Shown in pieces: positions 20,329-29,840 of a DNA stretch of 64,000 nt. The DNA comes from a virus (Duplodnaviria > Caudoviricetes): IMG/VR virus record IMGVR_UViG_3300011868_000001, positions 189,748 through 253,747 of that record; one strand, 5' to 3'. Within the stretch, counting starts at the first letter, position 1, and every line of letters starts with the position of its first letter. Position numbers and translations under genes: made by a program. The notes under the pieces are model-generated. The model was given only the letters and a program-made list of their open reading frames with translations. It searched no databases and had not been told where the DNA came from.

Positions 20329-20880
20329 ATGACCGAACAAATTACCCGTAACCGAATCGCGATGAATGCCAACAGCCGGATTCGCGATCGTTGCAACAGC
20401 GGTATCTCCTGGGGTACCAACAACTACCCGGCCAACTCTGATCCGGCCTGGTTCGGTGGCCCGACCAGCGGTCTGGCAGTATCCATGAGCCGCAATGACT
20501 TCTCCGGCGGTGAGCCGTCAGTATCGCAAGCGGTATCTGCCCTGCGTACATTCGCCAACCGCTTTGCTGCCATCCGCACCATCCGTATCCTGATCTACCG
20601 CAGCAAGTCGGGTTACTCCAGCGGTAACGGCAACATCCTTGAGTACGATGGTACTGCGGTAGCCCACTCGGCGTACTCGTCTGGTGCTCATGCCAATAGC
20701 GTTGCGCTGTCGGCGATGCGTGAAGGTGTGGAGATGGACCTGGACACGCTGAACAGTTCGCTGGACGAGCTGTGGAACGCCTACGTAGCCGGTGCCCGCA
20801 ACACTGTGCTCAACCGCGAACGTGTCATCTGCCATACCAGCTGTCACAGCAACTGTCACTGCGCCCGCGGGCGTCGTTGA
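20329..20880 (+). CDS. Gly/Ser/Asn-rich protein with C-terminal Cys/His repeat (candidate modification substrate)
   Basis: 183 aa ending CHTSCHSNCHCARGRR; codon usage resembles the capsid gene. The ORF is solid; the function is inferred. Confidence 0.75.
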   Translation: MTEQITRNRIAMNANSRIRDRCNSGISWGTNNYPANSDPAWFGGPTSGLAVSMSRNDFSGGEPSVSQAVSALRTFANRFAAIRTIRILIYRSKSGYSSGNGNILEYDGTAVAHSAYSSGAHANSVALSAMREGVEMDLDTLNSSLDELWNAYVAGARNTVLNRERVICHTSCHSNCHCARGRR

Positions 20881-20914
20881 TCACCCATCGTCCTCTTTAG
20901 CCGAGACATTCATC

Positions 20915-21670
20915 ATGAGCGAACAACCCACCACCCCTGCGGTAATCCCCTGCACTGCTCCAATCGCGGTCAGTGACCTGAAGCGCAAGTTCACCGAAGA
21001 CGTTGTGTTTGTTATCGACGTCGATGCCAGTAAGTTAAAAGGTCGTGCTCTGCTGACGTACCTGTCGAACCTCAACACCAATATCCATCTGCAATTTGGT
21101 AGTGTCGAGGCGACCACCGAACTGCTGCGTGATTACATGGCCTCGACGTTGCTGATCAGCATCGCTGAATTGGAAGACCTTGCTATCAACCTGCTACTGG
21201 CAGCCACTGGTCGTGCGTACACCCTTCCGTTCGAACCAGCGTCCTTCATTGAAGAGAACGAGGCGCTGATCGAGACCTGGCTCAAGCGACTGGACTCACT
21301 TCCGGCGTTTGCGCTGTACTGCCACCCGGCGCACAAAGAGGCCGTGGAGCAGACCTACCCAGAAGACACGGACGAAAGCATGGCGGGGCTTAACTTCGTC
21401 AAGCTGATCGAGCATGAGTTGTTCCCGGTTCTGATGGCGGGCGTGCAGGAAAGTGATTACAACTGGAACCGCGTGCTGTTTAACGAGTACATCTTCGCTG
21501 GCGATAATCTGTTTAAGTTCTTTGCCAGCAAGAACAACCCGTACTTCATAGCACTGCTCGCCGATGAATGTCCGGAGGAGTTTGGCCGTGTTCTGCCTAT
21601 CATGCAGACCCTGGTGCATAAAACGACCCAATGTGTAAAGGAAATCGAACATGTATCACATCCGCAGTAA
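20915..21670 (+). CDS. Hypothetical protein (rSAM cluster)
   Basis: 251 aa from MSEQPTT; overlaps the next gene. Confidence 0.75.
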   Translation: MSEQPTTPAVIPCTAPIAVSDLKRKFTEDVVFVIDVDASKLKGRALLTYLSNLNTNIHLQFGSVEATTELLRDYMASTLLISIAELEDLAINLLLAATGRAYTLPFEPASFIEENEALIETWLKRLDSLPAFALYCHPAHKEAVEQTYPEDTDESMAGLNFVKLIEHELFPVLMAGVQESDYNWNRVLFNEYIFAGDNLFKFFASKNNPYFIALLADECPEEFGRVLPIMQTLVHKTTQCVKEIEHVSHPQ

Positions 21671-22706
21671 AGCCTACGTCGAGATCGATTCTCGCGTAAC
21701 GCGCGACAATCCCTATATCTCGTTCGGCAAGCACGTCGGCTACGAGTACGTCCCGGTGGCACACGAGACTGCTGCTCAACAACTCACTTACGCCCAGTCC
21801 CTCGATGACCTGAGCAGTGATGAATTCAAAGCCGCCATGAATGCAGCGTTCACCAGCAAGGAAAAGGTGTTCATCTTCGCCGATGGCAAAACCTACCTGC
21901 GTCTGTACGCCATGGTCGTCAAAGCGCTGCTTCCATCGGTGACTCTCGATGTGTTCCGTTGGATCTTCCTGTGCAAGAAGGCAACCTTCAACGTCTCCTT
22001 GCTGAACATCCGCAAGCCGGCGTCGAACATTCTGGATGAAGTCCAGATCAATGCCAAGACCATCGAAGCACTGTTCAAGCAAGAAGACCCGCATCAGCAG
22101 GCGATGAATGAACTCATGGCAGCGGCGCCCGATGAAGTTTCGCTGGAATGGCGTATCCTGCGTCTGCTGACCTGTGACCGGGTCGGGAAGCTGCCCAAGA
22201 CGCTGCGCAACATCCTGCGGCGTATCGCCCTAGCCAATACCCACGACGCCCTCGACGTCTGGGGTCGGATGATTGCCGATCCGGGCATGTGGGAGTTTGC
22301 TGGGTGTGACATGGACACCCTGATGAACGGCAACAGTGTCTTTGAAGGCACCCTGAAGTTCCATTACCTGAACAACCCGATGTTCCTGCAACCTGGTGTG
22401 TTCGAAAACGAACCGACCAAGGACTGGATTGTTGGTCTGCTCAAGGAACTGGTGCAGGTGCTGGAGTTCTGTGACGAAGGTCCGACCGCCGGGCGTACTC
22501 GTCTGATCCTCGAGCTGATCAAAGACGAGACCAACCTGCAAGACCCGGAAGCTCTCAAAGCACGGGTTGTGACCATGTTCAAAGGCGCCAAGCGTTTGGC
22601 CCTGCCGAATGCCGATTCTGGCAAGTACGATGAAAACCTCATCCGCTACGTATTGAACGAGGACGTCGAAGTCCTGCGTCAGTGCGTCAAAGGAGCGCAG
22701 TGGTAA
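21651..22706 (+). CDS. Hypothetical protein (rSAM cluster)
   Basis: 351-aa ORF with AAGGA RBS; TAATG coupling to the next gene. Confidence 0.78.
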   Translation: MYHIRSKAYVEIDSRVTRDNPYISFGKHVGYEYVPVAHETAAQQLTYAQSLDDLSSDEFKAAMNAAFTSKEKVFIFADGKTYLRLYAMVVKALLPSVTLDVFRWIFLCKKATFNVSLLNIRKPASNILDEVQINAKTIEALFKQEDPHQQAMNELMAAAPDEVSLEWRILRLLTCDRVGKLPKTLRNILRRIALANTHDALDVWGRMIADPGMWEFAGCDMDTLMNGNSVFEGTLKFHYLNNPMFLQPGVFENEPTKDWIVGLLKELVQVLEFCDEGPTAGRTRLILELIKDETNLQDPEALKARVVTMFKGAKRLALPNADSGKYDENLIRYVLNEDVEVLRQCVKGAQW

Positions 22707-23701
22707 TGGAACTGATCCCCGTAGTGAACATCCTCCAAGAGAAGAAGGGTAAGTGGAAAGAAGCTCATCTGATTCTGTTTGAGTACTGTAATCTACGGTG
22801 TTCTTTCTGCCATCAAGACCACGACTCCAAGGTGGGGTTTGACACCATCGCTGAAAAGGTCGAGACGCTCATTGCCAACACCGACCCACGGCAACCGTAC
22901 GTGGTGAACATGACCGGTGGTGAGCTGTTCTTGGACGAGTTCCCTGATGAGCTGTTCGAGCAGTACTACCAAGCAGGTAAACGTATCTTCGAACACTTCG
23001 ACGATGCCTTGCTGGTACTGGGAACCAACCTGGTCTATCATCGGGTGGAGCGGTTGATCAAGCTGGTCAATCGACTCTCCACTCATGGTCGGGTCCAGAT
23101 CGCCACGTCGTACGATCCAGCGGGTCGTTTTGATCGCGTCAGCCGGATGCTGTTCATACACAACCTGCAGCGCGTGAAGGAATACGTCAAGACCATCAAC
23201 GTGGTGATCACCAAGCAGAACATCGAGGCGTTCCTGAGTGAAGACGAAGGGTATGAAGTCGCCTGGATGTGCGAACACTTCGATGTGTACTTCGACCACT
23301 ACATCCCCAGTCAGATGTATGAATACATCCAGCCGGATGAAGACCTGATCAGTCAGCTGTACCTCAAACTCAATGAGCGCTATCCGAACTCCTATCCGAT
23401 CAAGGACTGGAAGAACAATGCGTTCAACGAGACCACCTGTCGCTCGACCAAGATCGTCAACAAAGACGGGATTGTCAGCACCTGTTGGTCCGAGGCCGGT
23501 AAGAACGCCATCTTAGATGAAGCCGAAGGCCTTAAAGCCAAGGACGAAGCTGAGATGCGGTTCGTGGAGAAATACAACTGCTTCGCTTGCGAGTACTATT
23601 CTCGCTGCGGGATGCGTTGCTTCCTCCATCACTCGTTCATTGACGACGGAAATGATGTCTGTCAGATCAAATTGATGTTCGATAAAGTGGTAGAGGCATA
23701 A
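22706..23701 (+). CDS. Radical SAM protein 2
   Basis: CNLRCSFC, MTGGELF, C-terminal CFACEYYSRCGMRC. Confidence 0.88.
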   Translation: MELIPVVNILQEKKGKWKEAHLILFEYCNLRCSFCHQDHDSKVGFDTIAEKVETLIANTDPRQPYVVNMTGGELFLDEFPDELFEQYYQAGKRIFEHFDDALLVLGTNLVYHRVERLIKLVNRLSTHGRVQIATSYDPAGRFDRVSRMLFIHNLQRVKEYVKTINVVITKQNIEAFLSEDEGYEVAWMCEHFDVYFDHYIPSQMYEYIQPDEDLISQLYLKLNERYPNSYPIKDWKNNAFNETTCRSTKIVNKDGIVSTCWSEAGKNAILDEAEGLKAKDEAEMRFVEKYNCFACEYYSRCGMRCFLHHSFIDDGNDVCQIKLMFDKVVEA

Positions 23702-23705
23702 CAAC

Positions 23706-23737
23706 ATACGGGCTCCGGGCAACCGGAGCCTATATGC
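23706..23737 (+). terminator. Hairpin (CATA...TATG family) splitting the rSAM cluster
   Basis: GGCTCCGG-GCAA-CCGGAGCC flanked by CATAC/TATATG, followed by an AT-rich stretch and TATG at 23772. Confidence 0.6.
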
Positions 23738-23871
23738 CGTTTGCATTTAAATAAATACTTGCGTCAGCTGATATGAATGTTAGTCATGGGGAATTTGTCA
23801 CCATTCCCATGTTATGACCTAGACAGTAAGGTATCTTCCCTTACTGGACGATTACCCGAGAGGCTTTCCCC

Positions 23872-24048
23872 ATGAATGTACAAGAATTTCCCTTGACGCC
23901 TGAAGGCTATCAGCAGGCCATGCAATGGATGAAGGACGAAGGACTCGATCCAGTGGAACATGCTAACCGAGAACTGTCCACTGACGGTTACACCATTGTC
24001 AATCTGGTGAACCACCTGCGCCAACGTAAGGTCGCACAGACTGCCTAG
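23872..24048 (+). CDS. Small hypothetical protein (58 aa; not in the ORF track)
   Basis: MNVQEFPLTPEGYQQAMQWMKDEG...RKVAQTA; GAGAGG RBS. Confidence 0.65.
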   Translation: MNVQEFPLTPEGYQQAMQWMKDEGLDPVEHANRELSTDGYTIVNLVNHLRQRKVAQTA

Positions 24049-24061
24049 AAGGAATGTGTAA

Positions 24062-25150
24062 GTGGACTTGATCCTGAAGCCAACCCAGAAATGTAACTTT
24101 AAGTGCACCTTCTGCTCGAGCACCTACTTGAGCGAAGACAATCGGGAAATTGTCGATCTGAGTCAGGTTGCACTGTTCATCAAGCGTTTCCCTGAGACGC
24201 GTACGGTGATTGTCAATGGGGGCGATCCGTTGATGATGCCGCCAGAGTACTACTGGGACCTGATCGACATTCTCGATCAGTTGGGTTCTCAGGCCAGCAT
24301 CTCCTTTACCACCAACCTCTGGCCGTTCTATAAGAAACCTGAATTGTGGGAAGAGCTGTTCAAACACCCCAGAATTGGCGTGACCACCTCGTTCCAATAC
24401 GGTGAGGGGCGGCTTAAAGGTGACGGCACACCGTTGACCGAGGCTGAGTTCATTGCCATGAGTGATCTGTTTCTGGAACGGATCGGCTATCGTCCTGATT
24501 TTATCGCAGTGATCGACAAGGACAATGAACACACTGTCCTTGATACGGTCCGGTTGGCTAAACGCCTAGGGGTGGAAGCCAAGGTCAACTATGCGGTGGC
24601 CTCAGGACCTGTGGTGGTCAACAAAGGCATCACCATGGGACATGCTGAAAGCATGTACACCCAAGCTGACATGTATAAAGCCTACATCGAGATTTACGAT
24701 GCAGGTCTCATGCAGTGGGAGTTCAACACCAAGCAGATGGTCAAGCGCATCAAGACGCAGAACACCATCTGCCCATTGAGCCGGGACTGCGACAGCGGGA
24801 TTCGAGCCTTGCAACCTGGTGGCGGCTATTACTCCTGCGGGGCCTTTGGCGATGACCTGAAGTATCCCATCGACTTTAAGAAAGAGATGGCCGGTGAATT
24901 CTTCCGTCCCTTGAGCAATCAAGAAGAGCTGTGGTCGATGAAGGAGGCCTGTAACGAGTGTCCGATGTTCCTGATCTGCAATGGCTGTCGTAAGACCGTG
25001 ACCGACACCAAGCGGTTAGGTCTGGCTGAGCATCACTGCAAGACCATGAAGAGCATTGCACCGCGGATCATCGAACTCAACGGGATGCAGGACTACCTGG
25101 TCCCCACCCCTTACGTGGACGAGTCTGTCCAGATCATCGCCCGAGGCTAA
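24062..25150 (+). CDS. Radical SAM/SPASM protein 3
   Basis: CNFKCTFC, VNGGDPL, C-terminal CPLSRDC...SCG...CNECPMFLICNGC. Confidence 0.9.
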   Translation: MDLILKPTQKCNFKCTFCSSTYLSEDNREIVDLSQVALFIKRFPETRTVIVNGGDPLMMPPEYYWDLIDILDQLGSQASISFTTNLWPFYKKPELWEELFKHPRIGVTTSFQYGEGRLKGDGTPLTEAEFIAMSDLFLERIGYRPDFIAVIDKDNEHTVLDTVRLAKRLGVEAKVNYAVASGPVVVNKGITMGHAESMYTQADMYKAYIEIYDAGLMQWEFNTKQMVKRIKTQNTICPLSRDCDSGIRALQPGGGYYSCGAFGDDLKYPIDFKKEMAGEFFRPLSNQEELWSMKEACNECPMFLICNGCRKTVTDTKRLGLAEHHCKTMKSIAPRIIELNGMQDYLVPTPYVDESVQIIARG

Positions 25151-25152
25151 GC

Positions 25153-25395
25153 ATGGCGTATATCGATCCTTTTGAGCGCAGTCCGGTAGCCGACTCCCTG
25201 TCGGCTGAATCCGCCAAGCTCGATGAGCAGCTCAACGCAGTCTTCCAACGTGAAGCCGAGTTCTTTGAGCGTCAACTGGCCCATCGTAACATGCGTCTAA
25301 ACTCACGGGGAGTGGCTCAATTGGAAATGAACCTACGGGATTTTCTGAACAAGGCCATTGCTGACATCGAAAAGGACCTAGACGATGCTGGCTAA
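25153..25395 (+). CDS. Hypothetical helical protein
   Basis: 80-aa ORF with GAGG RBS between rSAM genes. Confidence 0.65.
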   Translation: MAYIDPFERSPVADSLSAESAKLDEQLNAVFQREAEFFERQLAHRNMRLNSRGVAQLEMNLRDFLNKAIADIEKDLDDAG

Positions 25396-25440
25396 CAAAT
25401 TGGCCATGGCCATCGCAATCATCATCCATGAGGGCTTATT

Positions 25441-26445
25441 GTGGGCCGACCGAAAATCAACCTCAGCCTGAACCCCACTTATTATTGCAACCTGCGCTGT
25501 GAGTTCTGCTACCTCACGCCAGAGCAGCTGGGCGATAAGACCCGTCTGGAGCTGGATAAGTTCGAAGAAGTGCTGCTCGATATCTTGCAGCATTACGATG
25601 TCGGTCATGTCGACCTGTATGGCGGTGAAGTCCTCTTGTTGCCCCCGGAATACCTGCGGGGTCTCAAAGACATCCTGCACACCTACGGGATCGATGATAT
25701 TGTTCTGGTGACCAACCTCACCCTGACCAATGAGATCACCGAGGACTTGGACTTCGATCTGTCAGTGTCGTATGACTTCGGGGCACGGGAGATGCATGAG
25801 CGGGTGTTCAACAACCTGCTGGCATTGCCCAGACCGTACACCATCCTGACCCTGGCCAGCCGGAAGTTTCTCGATACGGTGAGTGTGGATGAATTCGTCC
25901 AGACCATGAACCTGTTGAGTGGGGCCAAGGACGTCGAGATCAAGCCGTACAGCGCGAATCAGGCTAACACGCATGCAGTGTACTACGATGAGTTCGAACG
26001 CTTCGTATGGGCGGTTATAGAGCATCCTGACAGGCAGTTCTACTTCGAGAATGAACGCCAGATCAAAGAAGCGGTTGAGGGCCAACGTAACGCCTTCAGC
26101 GATGACCACCTGTACATCACTCCGACTGGCCAATTGGCCGTTTTGGAGTTCGATGCCAATGACAATGAGTTCTTCCTCCCGGTTGATGGAGTGGAAGGCT
26201 ATCTTGCGTGGTGTGCAAAAGAAAAGCAGGCCGTGGCCCAGAACGGGCATTGCGGGACCTGTACCTACATGGGACATTGCCTCTCCGAACATTTGCGGGA
26301 GGTGAAAGACTTGTCCCATTCCTGTAACGGTTTTAAGGGGTTACTTGACCTATGGACAACCCACACCTCGTCCAACACCGACAACGCCTGGAGATCACGC
26401 TTGATCTATTCCGAGGCTGTGCCAACCACTGCGCCGGATGCATGA
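25441..26445 (+). CDS. Radical SAM protein 4
   Basis: CNLRCEFC, LYGGEV, C-terminal CGTCTYMGHC. Confidence 0.88.
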   Translation: MGRPKINLSLNPTYYCNLRCEFCYLTPEQLGDKTRLELDKFEEVLLDILQHYDVGHVDLYGGEVLLLPPEYLRGLKDILHTYGIDDIVLVTNLTLTNEITEDLDFDLSVSYDFGAREMHERVFNNLLALPRPYTILTLASRKFLDTVSVDEFVQTMNLLSGAKDVEIKPYSANQANTHAVYYDEFERFVWAVIEHPDRQFYFENERQIKEAVEGQRNAFSDDHLYITPTGQLAVLEFDANDNEFFLPVDGVEGYLAWCAKEKQAVAQNGHCGTCTYMGHCLSEHLREVKDLSHSCNGFKGLLDLWTTHTSSNTDNAWRSRLIYSEAVPTTAPDA

Positions 26446-27380
26446 TCGACCGCACCATCGGTGGCGATGTCGATGATCTGCCAGAACTCAAAGCCCTGAT
26501 CGAGGAGATGACCGCCGCCGGTTATGTTGCTTTCGATCTGGGCGTTGGACCAACCGACTACATGACGGCCGATAACAAGGACGAAGTCATGGTCCATCCG
26601 GTTTTCCAAGCCATGGCACAGTTGTTTCATCAGGTGACCTTCAATGCTGCATTCCTGGAAAAGGACCTGACGAAATACACCCGCATGTGTCAGGAGATCG
26701 ATCAGTGCATCCCAGGCAAACCGATTCGTTTCCTGATCCCGGCTGCTCCCAGTTTCTTCAAGACCAATAAGTTCAGTGACATGATCAACATGAAACTGAA
26801 CCATGTCAAAGACAGTCTGCACGATGCCTTCCTCAACGAGGCGGGCTTTGTGGTAAACTGTACCAAAGACACGGTCGACGATGAATTTGAAGAGATGCTG
26901 GTCAAAGGGTTCGATGTCGAGTTTCCGGTCGATAAGGATGACATCCTGAACATCCCCTATGGTCGGGCACCGGTCAAAGACCTTCAGGTGGCGCAGCAGA
27001 TTCAGCGCATGAGTTATCGCATCAGTCACTATTACAAATTGCTCAATGGTACCGACGAGCGCCGGAAGAATCCTGATCTGTGCCTCAATACCGGGACCAT
27101 GACCAATCTGCTGTATACCGATGGCAAACTGTACTGGGTACCCTTCCTCAAGGACGATTGTCCGTTCCTTGAAGATGCGTTTACCGTGCCCAAGCCCTGG
27201 ACTATGGATAACCTGCTGGCGACGCGTCAGAAGGCGCTGGATGCCTCTCTGGAGTACCTCAAAGACACCCCCTGCATGCAGTGTCCTTACATCTCCAGTT
27301 GTGCTGAGAAAGGCATTACCAGCATCATGCAATTTATGGGTATCAAGGACTGTCTGGTAGGGCTTGACTATGCACAATGA
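26352..27380 (+). CDS. Divergent radical-SAM-like protein 5
   Basis: CANHCAGC near the N-terminus, GPTD instead of GGEP, C-terminal CMQCPYISSC. Confidence 0.7.
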   Translation: MDNPHLVQHRQRLEITLDLFRGCANHCAGCMIDRTIGGDVDDLPELKALIEEMTAAGYVAFDLGVGPTDYMTADNKDEVMVHPVFQAMAQLFHQVTFNAAFLEKDLTKYTRMCQEIDQCIPGKPIRFLIPAAPSFFKTNKFSDMINMKLNHVKDSLHDAFLNEAGFVVNCTKDTVDDEFEEMLVKGFDVEFPVDKDDILNIPYGRAPVKDLQVAQQIQRMSYRISHYYKLLNGTDERRKNPDLCLNTGTMTNLLYTDGKLYWVPFLKDDCPFLEDAFTVPKPWTMDNLLATRQKALDASLEYLKDTPCMQCPYISSCAEKGITSIMQFMGIKDCLVGLDYAQ

Positions 27381-28413
27381 ACGCGTCTCTCAAACCTTTA
27401 ACCTTGGGCTTGAAGTGCTCAAGGGGTGTGGGTACAGTTGTTCGGGCTGTACGGTCGACAAGAACTTTGCCGACTTCGATGTACCAGAAGATGATGCCCG
27501 CGCTATCCTTGGTCTGCTCGCCGATCTTAAAGCGCAAGACTGGCGAATGCTCGAGCTTAAGATCGGGCCGACAGACATCACCAGCTCCGACAATGGCTTT
27601 GCCGTGTTGCAGCACCCGGTGATCAAAGAGATCGCCTCGTACTACAAGGTGCTGACCTTAAACGCTGCCATGCTCCATGACCGTAACCTGCCTGAGTTGG
27701 CAGAGCTGGTCGACGAGTTGATGCCGGGCAAGTACGTTAACATCGGCACCCCGTTTACCTTGAAGAACGTGGCCAATGAAAAGTACATGGCGATGATGAA
27801 AGAACGCTTGGCGTACTTCCAGAGTCTGTTGAAGAAAGCGTCTTTCACTCGCCTGTATGCCACGATAAACATTGAGGAAGAGAACCTTAAGCAGTTCAAC
27901 CCTGAGTCGTTCAGTCTGATTCGTAACTATGACTTCGGCTCTGGGATCGATAAGGTGATTGAGTTTCCGTTTGTCAATGCTCGCCAAGGGTTTGACAACC
28001 TGCTCATTGCCGAACGCTTCAAGCGCGACATCAAGCAGTTTGCTGATTTTGCCAAGACGCGTATCAACACCCATGAGTTCGTGCCGTTGATCCCCGGTGT
28101 CAAAGAAGGCTATGAGTACACGTACCGTACCGGCAAACTGTACTCGACCATTGTGCTGGTTGAGAACCTGACGCTGTACAAAGACAAGTATGAGTTGGCA
28201 AGGCCATGGACGGGCGAGCGGCTACTCAAGCACCGAGAAGACGCCTACATCAACAACCTGGTCAAGTACAGCGAACATCCCCAATGTGGGACGTGTTGTT
28301 TCTTGGATCATTGCGCCCGGTGCGACGTCCAACATCTGATGGAAGAGACGGGCAGTGACACCTGCCTGATCGAGATGCATAACCGCTGGGATCTGGCTCA
28401 TGTAGAGCACTGA
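27370..28413 (+). CDS. Divergent radical-SAM-like protein 6
   Basis: CGYSCSGC, GPTD, C-terminal CGTCCFLDHC; apparent paralog of 26352. Confidence 0.7.
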   Translation: MHNERVSQTFNLGLEVLKGCGYSCSGCTVDKNFADFDVPEDDARAILGLLADLKAQDWRMLELKIGPTDITSSDNGFAVLQHPVIKEIASYYKVLTLNAAMLHDRNLPELAELVDELMPGKYVNIGTPFTLKNVANEKYMAMMKERLAYFQSLLKKASFTRLYATINIEEENLKQFNPESFSLIRNYDFGSGIDKVIEFPFVNARQGFDNLLIAERFKRDIKQFADFAKTRINTHEFVPLIPGVKEGYEYTYRTGKLYSTIVLVENLTLYKDKYELARPWTGERLLKHREDAYINNLVKYSEHPQCGTCCFLDHCARCDVQHLMEETGSDTCLIEMHNRWDLAHVEH

Positions 28414-28426
28414 TGAGGAACCGTCA

Positions 28427-28861
28427 ATGGACTCGTTATACACTATCGTCGACAACGTGGCAATTCCTGAGTGGCTTGTCGATGCTGCAATGTGCGAACC
28501 GAATAAAGGGTCCATTGACACGCCCGAGATTTGGAGCTTTGTAGAGAAACAGCTCCTGCCGCTGGTCATGCGTCAGACTCAGGCACAACCGACCCTTTAT
28601 GTATCGTCGAATCACGTGCACATCAGTGCAGCGGGCCTGACCCCGCACGATCATCTGCCCAACGCATTTACGTCAGTGCTTTATCTGGTAGATGCCGAAG
28701 GACGGTTGATCATCGACCCCGATGGGATCAATGAACGGGTCAAACCGGCGGCTGGTCGATTCGTCATTTTCAAAGGTGAAACCATTCATGCGGTGGAGAA
28801 ATCGCCGCAGAATGAATTGCGTATTTCGCTGGTGAGCAACTATGAATACCCTTCCGTATAA
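28427..28861 (+). CDS. Fe(II)/2OG-type oxygenase
   Basis: PHDH..FTSVLYL, GRFVIFKGETIHAV, RISLVSN. Confidence 0.72.
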   Translation: MDSLYTIVDNVAIPEWLVDAAMCEPNKGSIDTPEIWSFVEKQLLPLVMRQTQAQPTLYVSSNHVHISAAGLTPHDHLPNAFTSVLYLVDAEGRLIIDPDGINERVKPAAGRFVIFKGETIHAVEKSPQNELRISLVSNYEYPSV

Positions 28862-29273
28862 GGCCTTCCAACGACTCTATGACGAGCTGGTGCAAGAACA
28901 CAGCGACGCATTTGAGTTAATGGAGTTTGTCATTGATGATGAACTCGTCAACAACGCCATGAAGTATTTCGAGGCCGCGACCTTTCCGCTGATCTATCCG
29001 GCCAAGAGCTATGCAGTGGCGATCATCTATGCCCACAAGCTCAGTGAGATTTATGGTCTGGATATCCACACGGTCCTCGATGACAAGGACCTGTTCCTTG
29101 GCCAAGACCCGTACTTTGTCCCGTACAGTGAAGACCCGGCGACGTACGAGGCCATCCTTCAGCGCTTAAAGCACAAGCCCAACTGGCTGGAATCGGGGTG
29201 GGCTCCGAAAAGCGTTCAATACTGCTTGCTCGAATGCACCGAGGCAGGCATCCAATCATTGACGGAGGTGTAA
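28842..29273 (+). CDS. Hypothetical protein (rSAM cluster)
   Basis: 143-aa acidic ORF overlapping the upstream gene. Confidence 0.72.
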   Translation: MNTLPYKAFQRLYDELVQEHSDAFELMEFVIDDELVNNAMKYFEAATFPLIYPAKSYAVAIIYAHKLSEIYGLDIHTVLDDKDLFLGQDPYFVPYSEDPATYEAILQRLKHKPNWLESGWAPKSVQYCLLECTEAGIQSLTEV

Positions 29274-29831
29274 ATGGACACGCACTTGTTGTGGGCGACG
29301 CCGGTGGCGCGGATCAATGTGGCTGATCAGTTCGACATGGCGGCCTGGGCTGATGAAGTCTTTGCCATGTACACCATGACCAATGGCGAAGACGACCGGC
29401 AGCGGTTCATCGACCCGGATATCTTCCCCGTGATCCTGAAGATGCGTGATGAAGTCATCACCCCGGCGGTCAATGCCTTCTGCAAGGAACACTTCGGACA
29501 AGACATGGAGAAATTCTATGTCGAGACCAATGGCAAGTGGATCGTTGAAGGCGAAGGCCTCTACGCCCATCTGCATCCTGGCAGCGTGCTTTCGGCTATC
29601 TGCTATCCAGGTGACTCAGCCAATGGGTTGAACATGTTCGACCCCAGGCTCAATGCCATGCGAGGCTACCCGAAACGGATGCGTAATCATCACTTTGCCA
29701 ACTTCCGTATCAGCCCTAAGCAGGGGGATGTCTGGATCTTCCCGAGCTACGCGCAGCACAGTGTCTCGCACGTGACCGAGGAAGTCCGGCTGTCGCTGCT
29801 GCACGAATACTACATGACCGATAACCTGTAA
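29274..29831 (+). CDS. Fe(II)/2OG-type oxygenase (TIGR02466-like)
   Basis: AHLHPGSVLSAICY, FDPR, GDVWIFPSYAQHSV, RLSL. Confidence 0.78.
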   Translation: MDTHLLWATPVARINVADQFDMAAWADEVFAMYTMTNGEDDRQRFIDPDIFPVILKMRDEVITPAVNAFCKEHFGQDMEKFYVETNGKWIVEGEGLYAHLHPGSVLSAICYPGDSANGLNMFDPRLNAMRGYPKRMRNHHFANFRISPKQGDVWIFPSYAQHSVSHVTEEVRLSLLHEYYMTDNL

Positions 29832-29840
29832 GGATTTTCC

